A stretch of 64,000 nt of DNA from Phoronis australis (Eukaryota; Animalia; Phoronida): the NCBI GenBank assembly GCA_002633005.1, contig NMRA01000179.1, positions 279,954 to 343,953 on the forward strand. The letters run 5' to 3'. Below are positions 39,701-51,700 of this stretch, piece by piece. Within the stretch, counting starts at the first letter, position 1; the number at the start of each line of letters is the position of its first letter. The notes below the pieces were generated by a model. That model saw nothing but the letters and a program-made list of their open reading frames with translations. It was not told where the DNA came from and made no database searches. Made by a program: the position numbers and the translations under genes.

Positions 39701-42700
39701 AGCCAGTACCTCGGGTATCTAATGTATGTCAAAGTTGCGATAGCATATAATGTGGTTGAGATTTTTGAGCGTTTCTTCCAGGCACAATCCAGAGTGTATT
39801 TTGTCTGTCATAGGGCATTTAGTGACCTGTGACATGTATTGAACCTCATGAAATTGGTTTTGTATGTGTGGTACCTCGAATGTATATGTTGGCTCATTTT
39901 TGGGGGACTCTTTTTGGTTTCTGCCGGACCCATTCCAGAGTGCAATTTGTCTGCAATGGGTCATTTGGTGTTCAGTGCGGTACTATTGTTCGTTTAAAAC
40001 CAGTTTTGGACGGTACCTCGAAAATCTAGCCTAGCTCAAATTTTGATGGCATACAGTGGTTAAGATTTTTGAGGGTTTCTGCCAGGCACAATCCAGAGTG
40101 TATTTTGTCTGTCATAGGGCATTTAGTGATCTGTGACATGTATTGAATCATATTGAATTGGTTTTGTGCAGTACCTCGAATGTATGCGCTAGTTCATTTT
40201 TGGGGGTACTTTTTTGGTTTCTGCCGGACCCATTCCAGAATGCAATTTGTTTTTCATGGGTCATTTGGTGTTCAGTGCGGTACTATTGTTCGTTTAAAAC
40301 CAGTTTTGGACGGTACCTCGAAAATCTAGCCTAGCTCAAATTTTGATGGCATACAGTAGTTAAGATTTTTGAGGGTTTCTGCCAGGCACAATCCAGAGTG
40401 TATTTTGTCTGTCATAGAGCATTTAGTGACCTGTGACATGTATTGAACCTCATGGAATTGGTTTTGTACGTGTGGTACCTCGAATGTATGTGTTGGCTCA
40501 TTTTTGGGGGACTCTTTTTGGTTTCTGCCGGACACATTCCAGAATGCAATTTGTCTGTCATGGGTCATTCTGTGTTCAGTGCGGTGCTATTGTTCGTTTT
40601 AAATCAGTTTTGGCCGGTACCTCGAATATCTAGTCTAGCTCATTTTTGGGCCCTTTGTAAGGCCCCCATTGGTCACCCCCAGAGTGCAGACAACGGCAGA
40701 CGTCCATTTCTGTACATACTGAGGTGTACTCTAAATGGTCCTGTGGTCAGATGTTGGTACCTCGTTCATCTATGCCAAGTGCTCTGGGCTGCCGGTCTAA
40801 TAGTTGTCATCACCGTTATCAAGGTCTGTAAAGTCTCGTGATCGTGCTCGTCGAACTAGTTTTTAATTACGCAACGTACATGACTGTATTGACAGTTCTA
40901 AGTAATGTAATGACGGTCAGATAGCAAAAAATAGACATTTATCATCATCATCGTCGTCGTCTTCGGTATGCTGCCTGTTGGCGTTTAAGGTTACCTTAAA
41001 AGCCAACAGGCAGCATACCAAGCCAACCTGGTACAAGTAAATGCTACCGACCAAATATGTTCCTTCACAACGCCCGTCCACCTTTGACCAGAGAGGCGTT
41101 ATGGTAACAGAAATTTCTGGTCTGTACCACGCTGCAATTGTCGGGGCTAATCGTCCAATGTAAATAAACGTGGGATTTGGAATGCGTCCACCAGACAGGA
41201 GAATGAAATCCTTGCCAAACAACAACGAGTGTTCTAATACGTGAGCTCCAATCGGACGTTCATACATGCACATTAGAGTAAATTTAACGTTTCCTCATTG
41301 TTGTGATGGAAAAAACTCAGTTGAGCCGTTTGGCGAAAATTTTCTGTACATGTATAAAATATGTTACAAGAACATCTCTTTCTTTGTAGGTTCAATCAAA
41401 GCTTGCTTCAACGATACATTTCTCACCTAATCTTCGTTTGCCATTTGTTTCCTTTCTACATGGTGAGCCAAAAGAAACGTTATCCACGTACATGTAAATT
41501 TACTTTGTTAAAGATGTTTTCCAAATGTTAGACATTCTAACTGCTATGAGTGGACAGTATTTCTACAAAATTACAGAATATCGTCGTTTAGTTAACATTC
41601 TATCGCGTAATAAGCGTTACTCTAACTGCCCACTTTTTCCCGCAAGCGCAGTTGCAGGAGGAGAAGCATTTTTATGGTCACGTAAACTCTGTCCTCTGGT
41701 GTACTGCATCTCTGAACAACGAGTCTCAGAGGCTTTCGCAGTGTTGACTAGTCATAAATGTATCTCATGCCAAAAATGGCATTATTGGTACATGTGATTG
41801 GTTATTTTGTAATGGTCCACACTAAGCGTTATGTGGCGGTGCTTGGCAGGTTTTGGAGGAATGTCGGGAAGTTAACGATGTTACAAAAAGAATAGCAATG
41901 GTTGAGGTCATCCATATACAGTTAATGTGAGACTTGATTAGCTTATACAGGTACTTCGAAAACATTATCAGCTGAAGCGTGACATTGAACAGACAGCATG
42001 CTCCTCGGATTCAATGACGCTTAATTGTTCACAAATGTAGCCGAGTGCTCGACAGCTGAGATCGTCCCCTACACGTGCATTTGTAGCTAAACAAGGAGCA
42101 TTTTGAGAAATTTAGAAAAAGTCTTGAATAGGCCACAAATTATTAACCATATTTTTGTAATATGGTACAAATATCATACACTGTTGCTTTTTGAAATTTT
42201 AATGTGATCTTCACGAAAATAAGTATATCAGAACAAAAAGCGTGGGTAGCGTTTCTTTGGTCCCCCATATTTCACTTCACAGACGAAAAACACTGCTGAG
42301 TGTGAAGTTTTGGATTTTCCTCAAAATTACCAATGAAAATGTGATGCTGTTCCGTGTTAGTGTTCCCAATGATGTCATGAAAGATAGTACTGGACTTATC
42401 ACTGATAATGTCTCTGGCTTATGCTAGGCGTGTGTACAGGTATGCAGGTGTTATGTAGCGATCAAATGGAGGAAATAAAGACGACTTTACGCGCTAGGTT
42501 AAAGGTCGTTACGAGGAATAATAGTACAGCCTAGTGTTGACAATTGAGAATTACTGATGACGTCACGTGGCGGCAAATTTGCAACTTTTCGACAGAACTG
42601 AAACATACAGTTTAGACAGATTCTGCTTAAAGTTGAGAAAATGTTTTCCTCACCGCAGAATGATCGGCCACGAAGAACAGTTCAATGATGGCTGGCTCAC

Positions 42701-45700
42701 CGATGGCCCTCGAAGGTTTGACAGATCTTTTCAGCTGTTGAAGAGAATGATGAAAATCAAATGAGTTAGGCAAAGGCAGTGCAAAAATGTCCCGTAAATT
42801 GGTACGCAGCCGTACAGTTTCGTACACAAATTGCTGTAAAATATTTAAATTATAGCCGGAATGCAATGGGACATGAAATCAACATACATGTACATCAAGT
42901 GTGCAAGATCTATAGTTATGTATAAACATGTTAGAACAACGAACTAAGTGAAGGGTCGCTTCGAAACAACTATTCAAAGTGTAAAACATTCGAAACAACC
43001 CACAGGTTATGCACCTTGAAAAATCCCTCCAAATGTATCTTTTGAATTCACTGCGGTATCTCAAGTGCGCTTTGCTACATCAGTCACCTGTCGAAAACGT
43101 GCGTTTGCTTAAAAGATATTTACAATTATAAAGGGACTTTAGCAAAATTGACAATCGGCTATTGGATCAAGTCAAGCGATATAGCCGTCCTGGATTACAC
43201 GGCGGCGGTAGGACTCTCCTTTGTCCAGGAGTTAAGAAAGCGGAAACCAGGCACATTTTCATGTCTCTCATTGATGTCACGAAGGCAAAGAATTTCACAT
43301 CCCGAATCCTCAGATATTTGTTCACTTATCAAACTTTCTCACGTCGAAGTTGCAGCCTACAACTCAGCAGTAATACTTCGTTGGCACTGGACGGACGAAT
43401 TAAAGTAATACGAGTGATTAAAATGTATAAAGAATCGAGCAACAACGAATAACATGCCAACTGCAGTGGAACGAAAACGAGTCAGTAAATGTGCCTTACG
43501 CTTACAGCAATGTGGGTAAATACAGCGAGATTCGAGTGTCGCTGTGTAATCCGGGACGGCCCTATTGAGCTTGAATTTGAACAATAACTGTCATTTAGTC
43601 AGAACGTCAAGACTCACTTCTAATCTGAACAAGAAGCTATTGGACAAAAGTCGCTCGCAACGGTAAATGTTCTTAATCAGAAGCTACTTTTGCAGATGAC
43701 CGGCTGACTGCACTTAAATAATAAGTTTCTACTCCAAAATAACCCAGCAAACTTCGTGAATTTTCTGGGATCGCATGTTTGGATCTAATAGTTAAACTTC
43801 TTAATCAAAACATGGTATTGACTGGAGTTTCACAACCCTTACTTTGGGGAACTGAACTATGTATTTGAATTCGTCTAGAATAATTAAAAGTTATAAGTAG
43901 TAAAACAAAACCTAAAAATTCTGCAACAAACCGTGAATTTAGCTAATGTTACCAACACATTTGTTAGAATTTAGACTGACACTGTTCTTAGTTTTATTTT
44001 GTTTCGTTGTTCTGTTTGTGTTATAGATGTCATAACCCCTGAGGTCAGTACAGTGATGACGTAATTTGTTCACTACAGAATTATAGTGTGGAATTTTCTA
44101 GAAGACTCTTGCAAGTCAGTGATTAATGTAGTCTGGAATATTCTAGAGACTAGAATATGTTTGTAGAATGATTTGGTAGATTCCGGAAAGTTCTAGAATG
44201 TGCTTGAATTGGTGAAAAGTTCTAGAACGTTGCATGAGACTATTAATACAAAGAGACGGGTGTGGGACAGTTAGTTAATCAGTTAAAGAGTTTAAAGTTG
44301 AAAGTTGGTTAGTTGCAAGAACGTTACAGTTGAGTTCCTGAAGGTGTCTCTGGGGTTGATCACAAATCAAGGCTTCGCAGCACTGGCTTGAGCGTAGGAA
44401 ATACATTACGTCGGACGTTTTGTTTGAGTAGGCTTGTGAACGTATGGTCGGGATTAATGAAGCGATTAACTCGAACCAGTCTCCAGTCTATCGTCGCACC
44501 GAAAGCTATTAGCACCGGTCCGCAACAACCTGCGCCCATGCACACACGGGGAAAAACGTGACAATTTCACACATGTATCAGGAATTTCTTCTCATGTGTT
44601 TGTTTTATAGCGATAGAAGCGTTGACATGTGTTCAATGGATTTGCTATGAATAAATCTAACTGCCATATTTTTCTATTTATATGTACAGTACACACGCAA
44701 ATGTTTCTACTTGATTATCAGTTTGCAACTGCAGTTGCTATGCACATGAAATTTGCAGTTGTGACATGTCATGGATGGCGCAGTTCTGAAAAAAGCGAGG
44801 TATTATAGCCCCTCATTGTGCGCCACCTATGCTGCAGAGAAAATCGTTTCCAGTAGTTTAGAAACAAACTTACACACCATTCATCGCTTTTCGTGAAAGA
44901 TAAATAATCACATTCTTTGTTTTCTGCAAGTCTGAGGTCAACCATTTTTTAATTGAGCGGAAGTCATCAGGTGGATTTTGTAAACAAAACTGCCATACGA
45001 ACTCAGTAACACACGTCACATAATACGGAAATATTCGTTAACAATAGTTCTTTTGCGAGTTTATAACAATAACACGAGATTACGTGAGACTTAATTGTGA
45101 CGTCACGGGAAGCGGGGCAAAAGCTTGTCGTTTGGCTCATTTGCCCAATACGTTAGCAGAGTGCATTCTGTTATTTTCTTCCACTTTTTGGCCGTTTAGT
45201 TCGAAAAATGCCAAACAAGTATTGCTGTTATGGCAAATGAAATTCAGATTCGCACTACAATACGTTCTATTGCGTTTTGTTCTAATTTTGTTTCGTGTAT
45301 TTTAAGCGGGCGATAGGCGAAATCCGCTCACTGATTAAGTTTTCACCACGTCAAAAATACATTCTATCTAAAACTATCACCTAAAAAGGCGCTTATTTTC
45401 TCCAGTGGTCCTTTCTGCTTCTAAACATATCTTTTATGAAGCATAGCTATGGGAATTCAGGTGATTTTGTCGAAGAATTCCAACTCCACATTGTGGTTAC
45501 TGTTAACTTAAACCGCGCGCGCGATAACCACAAAGTAGTTCAACTGGTCATGTGAGTATGAGGCAAAGGCTAGCGCGAGACTGAGTGAAGCTCGAGACGT
45601 GGCGCGTGACACTTGCAAAATAACTGTAATAGTATTGTGATTTGTACTGGAACTACACTCACCTTATATTGCCCAATTAGTTAGAATGGTTTATTATATA

Positions 45701-48700
45701 AGTCTTGCCAAACAGTTCGTGACTCATATGCATGTGGTCTTGTGTATTGCAAAAACATGTTGTTGTACAGTAGTTTGTCAGTCCGCAATAAAGTAGTGTT
45801 CATGTAAGACGTCTTCTTCACTCCTCTCTCCACAAGCCATTGCAATAACATGAGAACATATCAAGTGAATTTGTAAGATTTGTGTTCCTTGGTCTTATTG
45901 TTCGTGATTTCACGTAACTTCCTCAAGATGGCGCCCTGTGAGAGAAACTTGAGGGAACCGCGAGGTTTTCATGGATAGATTCAAGTTATTTGTAGACTAA
46001 ATTGTATCCAGAGTCAGGGTATGTGTTAATTAGTTATAACTTCATGTGCACATATGCATGTTTCATTTGATTTTATTTGCTGTATTTTGAAGTGAGTAAC
46101 TTTTTATGGGGATAAACTATCGCCCCTGTATGCCTGCAGCATTCAGGCCTAGACCGGGTTGAGTTCCAATTTCAGTCCGTTCACAGCTTCGCACAACATA
46201 ACAAGTTCACATTTTCTTCGTCCATTCACAGTTATTCCACGATCCATCTACCATCTTTTAAGTTGTGTTTACGTTTTAAGCGTAAAATTCACCATAAGAA
46301 CTCCAGAAAAATTTAGCGTGTGTAGCAAAGACTCGGGGCCAAACAAGAGCAATATGGCGGGTTTTGCCCCTTTTCCGGTGACGTCACATTGACTAACGAG
46401 AAACTCTTGATCGCAAATGAGCTATTGTACTTGTTTTTGGAACGCAGATTACATTATAATGATGACAGCAATGCAATTGATTGATGGACAGAGACCGTGT
46501 AACCATAGAGTATCTGTGGTGTAACTTCGTAACTTTATAGTTTACAAAACAGCCACCTATGGTTCGCACACCGGATGTCAGACATTAAATCAGCTGCTCA
46601 GGATCTTAGTGAGCATTTCAAAGTCGTATTATTGGATTATATCAGGTCTGTACCTGTGATATGACAAAAAGTTGTTGTTTGTTTATTATTCCATCCGATT
46701 TTTTAAATTATTTCAAAAGAACTTATGTTGGCCATACTATTTTGATGAAATACTTCACACGCTGAATTCAGTTGCACAAATAGTCAACAACCATATTTTC
46801 CTGCCTCCTGGAGATACCCATATCAAGCAGTTATCACTAATAAAACCAGTAGTCATTTTCCCTGTTCGACTTCAATCTGGCACCAAGACAGAACCGGCTC
46901 AGTACTGGTATGGTACCAGCGGTACCAAACTTATTTTTGTGCTCCTATGTATTACTACAATCATTTATTACTATAATCAAGTTTGACCAATCATGAAGTC
47001 GCTCGCGTATGAAATACGTTTGACATTTGCTAATAAAAATCTGGTTTCCAACCAATACCAGCAAACCGGCACCATACTGGTGTGGTCTTGATATCACAGG
47101 ACAGGTACAAATCTGGTACTGGCCCAGTACCGGCAAACCGACACAAAACCGGTACAAAGTCGCCGATACCGTTCCGATATAAATGTGGTACTGGCCCGTA
47201 TCCGGCAAATCGACACAAAAGTGATACTGACTTACCAGTACTGGCCCAGCACCAGCCCGGTACTGGCTAACTGGTGCCCGTTACAACTGGTACAAAATGG
47301 TTCAAAACTGGTACCGTCGCGGTACCATTATGTTTACTGGGTGGTGGTAACCGGTGTTTACATGCAGTCACGTACACTCCATGAAGTGTTTTACGATACC
47401 CTCTCTCAAAACTATTGCCCGAACTCGTTACAAGATCACTTACAAACAGCACTTCATGAAAGTGTTCGTGCACAGAACGCCAGCTTGTTCTTTAGAAAGC
47501 GTCTCCAAAGCAATCATTGCTGATGGGATAAGAGTCACAGTTCAGTGGCGGATTTCACAGCATATTAACGCCCTGTTTCTAGAATGTGTTCATTGCACTC
47601 GTTCCTAGGAGTGTATTTGCAACCGTCAACGTAGCAATGTACATACGTATCCGGAAGTCCTTCTCACTCAGAGTGTTTATACAGCCACGATTGAATTAAA
47701 GCCGAATGAAGTACATGTACATATGTAATTGAAGAAGTTGCCGTCCAAAGAATGCTTTGGAATCCTGTCGAATTATCCTTCCCTGTTATTTCCATACATT
47801 GGAAATTTGATCAAAGATTCAGATTCTAAAATCATCCAAGAACATTTTGCTAGTTTTAAAACTGAAGTTGTTTCACTCCCTTCACCTTATTTATTGTCTT
47901 TACTCAAGGCAAGATCGTACACGTATTGCTCATGGTGAATAAGAAACATGCGGCACATGTTCTAGTACCCTGTTGGATTGCAACCCAAAGCCCAATCTCT
48001 TTAATCTCTGTGCACCTCTAAAGCAGAAATCACGGAGTAAAATGTCGTTTTGGTGATAACTCTTCAATGATAATTCCTTTCGTCTGGCGATTTACCAGAA
48101 ATTAGTACAGGTACATGTATGGTTACGTCAGGTGTAATGGCACCATATTTTGAAAGTTTGTCGGATACATGTATGTGTTCAGTAATTCGTTCGAAACGAC
48201 GTGGCAAATCGGAGAAACTTATCCACCCAATAAGCCATCCCGCCCTTAAAAGGCACGGTCGGTTAATTGAATCATCACAGCTTTAACGCGCTTTTTTCTA
48301 CATTGATGTTTAGATGCTTACCCTCTTAACAGTCGACTGGTGGAACATTTTGTGTTGTGAGTGGTCGCTTGATGGTTCTGAGGAAACGCTACATGGGAAG
48401 TTGCGTCGTGTTCCGTTCCATGATCTCACCTTGTACACCACGTGCTGACCCCTGGCGTCCTTGAATGGCTCTATGTACAGTTCGTCGACACCGTTGACTA
48501 TACCTCTGAAGTAGAGGGGTAAACGTTGGTTACTGCACAGACTTCAGTGGCTAATAGGATGCCACATTACAAAAACAATCATCATGTAAATTTTTAACAT
48601 ACAGCCGTGGTACTTTCAAGAAAGTCCCGTTAGTCTTATGCGACGGCCGTGTACTACTTCGTTAATCGATCATCGTATAAGAATTCTGGATGTGGATAGG

Positions 48701-51700
48701 CAGAGCTTTGTAATGAATGCGGAAACAATAACCGTCTATAGCCCAAGGTCTACAAATAAGCGCAAATTTTACCAACAAGTATCTTTATTCACATATGCAA
48801 ACAACCTGACATTTGTGTTTCGCATGACTTTTTAGCTAAAAGTAGCTTATGTTTTTCTCTGACAGAGATATACCACGTCCTCGCTTTACACTTTGCTGAG
48901 TTGGTAAACAATATGATCGCCTAAGTTAACAGCAAACATTGTCAAAACTCTCCAATTTGTTGTACTGACAGGTGCTACATTTTGAGCCAAAAAGTGGCAT
49001 CCGCTTTGTTGTTTAAGAAAAGTCGTACTGTACGATGTTCAGCCTCTGTCTACATAGTGCTTTTGTTGAACTCGTATGGCCATCAAGTGTAAACAATGGC
49101 TGCACATAATCAATCGCCTTCCCAGTCACAAAGTCGACGATTCCAAAGTAGAACTTGATGGTGTTGTCTAAATGTCACATTGCAGGAGATTTTTCAGTGA
49201 CACTTATAGGCTAGAGATCCGTTTATTGTTCAGTACAGGACCTAACTAAAAAACATGACTTCGCAAAATTACGTGAGATATTGCCGATTCTGTATTTCAA
49301 ATGTCTGGAGAACAAGTGATTTTGGCAATATTTTAGCGACGTTCTACAGTTACTGAGCTTTATCCTGTTTTTATTAAAGGTCGTACGGGTCGCAGACAAA
49401 ACGGTTGTAATTCTGCTCACAGATCAACACCGTGGCTCGTGACAATAAGAAAAATAATAAACTTCGGATATGTTTTGACACACTTCTGAACATATGCCTA
49501 CAGCTTCGCACTTGCAGTAAATGTGCCTAAGACGAGCTAAGATACGACTGGAATTCAGACCTTTGATAAAACGAGTCCTAGCATTTTAGGTTAAGCGTCT
49601 ATAAACCAGCGTTCCGCCGAGGAAATTAACTTTTGATTTAGACCCCTTGTAGCGATTAAATGGTCTCATGTCGTTTCTTGTTCACTGGTTTTCGGTCATT
49701 TCGAGAACTGACGTTCGTAATTGCACAAAAAGATGCTTGGCGAATAAAATGACAGTACAGAACGTAGGGACTGTCCCGATGAAACAACAAACTGTCAAAA
49801 ACAGAAATCACAGACCGTTGTACAACGGGAACTGATCTAAATCTAAAACTGCATGTTTTTGACTCTCTAGAAACTAGGTACATGTAATTGGGTTTATTTG
49901 TTACAGTTATTATATAGTGCTGTACCTGCCCTTTAGTCTACATGTACACCTGGACATCATTCAGAATGATTCTCCGTCTGTTCCTTGTAATTTAAAATTG
50001 GGCCCGTAGCATGAGTTATAGTAACAGCACCACAGCCCCATTTTCAAGTGCGACTTCCTAAAATCCAGATTACAAGTTTGAGACATCCATTAAGTGTTTA
50101 GCTTAAAGCTGCTTTTAAAAACTTTAATTTTCCAGAGGTTTCCAGTTGCCAACAACGTTCTTTGAAATTGGCAATCACTCATCGAGAAAATGGCTTACCT
50201 AAGACCTTGACAGGTACTGACGGCAACAATTGATCCAGCAACGCCCCGCACGTTTCCAAGATAATGACAATGGTGACCTTTCTGTCCATAAAAGAGAAGG
50301 TTGTTAACTTTGAACATCTTAGTAGGTGTCCCAAGGTATACTTGCGAGTGACATCCAATGAGATCACGAGCTTCGCTTCGAATGTCCGTCGACACGCCAC
50401 GAAGACTAACTTCATGTCGCAAAAATCGTAAGAAGCAAACGTGGAGTAAAACACTCGCGAAAAAGCTAGGCCACGCAAAATCAGTTGAGTAAACGGCGAA
50501 TGTTTCACTATATACCTTAGTGAAGTACACTAATAACAAAACATTACTGATACGTTTTGCCTGAAAAGTTATCGTTGGACAAATGGGTGGACGTTATGCA
50601 AGTGCATATACATGTAGTAATGTAAGTTATTTACTACGTAAATTAAAGTTAATTTACGCACGCCGCCAATAATTTCTTTACGCGGTAAATAATTGGCCTA
50701 CGATAAAGTGTCGTTTTGGCGCATGTGGGCGCATGCATTAATTGCTCAACGACATGTCTCGTAGCTTGGCCAAGCGATGCCGGGAAAAAACGAGCCGAGG
50801 GATCATAGAGCTATTGCAACACCAAGACGGGGGGTAGTGAGGATAGAGGATCATTGTCTGGTGGGCAAGACAGGGGACTTAGGGGCGTACTGTAGTTCTG
50901 TCTCACTTAGAGTTTGCGCTGCGACTANACATAATCAATCGCCCTGCCAGTCACAAAGTCGACGATTCCAAAGTAGAACTTGATGGTGTTGTCTAAATGT
51001 CACATTGCAGAAGATTTTTCAGTGACACTTATAGGCTAGAGATCCGTTTATTGTTCAGAAACTACAGGACCTAGCTAAAAAACATGACTTCGCAAAATTA
51101 CGTGAGATATTGCCGATTCTGTATTTTAAATGTCTGGAGAAAAAGTGATTTTAGCAATATTTTAGCGACGTCCTACAGTTACTGAACTTTATCCTGTTTT
51201 TATTAAAGGCCATACGGGTCGCAGACAACACGGTTGTAATTCTGCTCACAGATCAACACCGTGGCTCGTGACAATAAGAAAAATAATAAACTTCGGATAT
51301 GTTTTGACACACTTCTGAACATGTGCCTACAGCTTCGCGCTTGCAGTAAATGTGCCTAAGACGAGCTAAGATACGACTGGAATTCAGACCTTTGATAAAA
51401 CGAGTCCTGGCATTTTAGGTTAAGCGTCCATAAACCAGCGTTCCGCCGAGGAACTTTTGATTTAGACCCCTTGTAGCGATTAAATTGTCTCATGTCGTTT
51501 CTTGTTCACTGGTTTTCGGTCATTTCGAGAACTGACAGTTCGTAATTGCACAAAAACATGCTTGGCGAATAAAATGACAGTACAGAACGTAGGGACTGTT
51601 CCGAAGAAACAACAAACTGTCAAAAACAAAAATCACAGACCGTTGTACAACGGGAACTGATCTAAATCTAAAACTGCATGTTTTTGACTGTCTAGAAACT

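Larger units (their letters stand above)
36157..40799 (+). mobile_element. Academ (AcademX-type) DNA transposon, internally deleted
   Basis: TAGACC.GCAGCCCAGAGCACTT..GCATAGATGAACGAGGTA TIR of >300 bp at both ends; 3-bp TSD ATA; XPG-like HAMTGCD and [18 protein letters not shown] remnants at 38124-38760. Confidence 0.9.
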
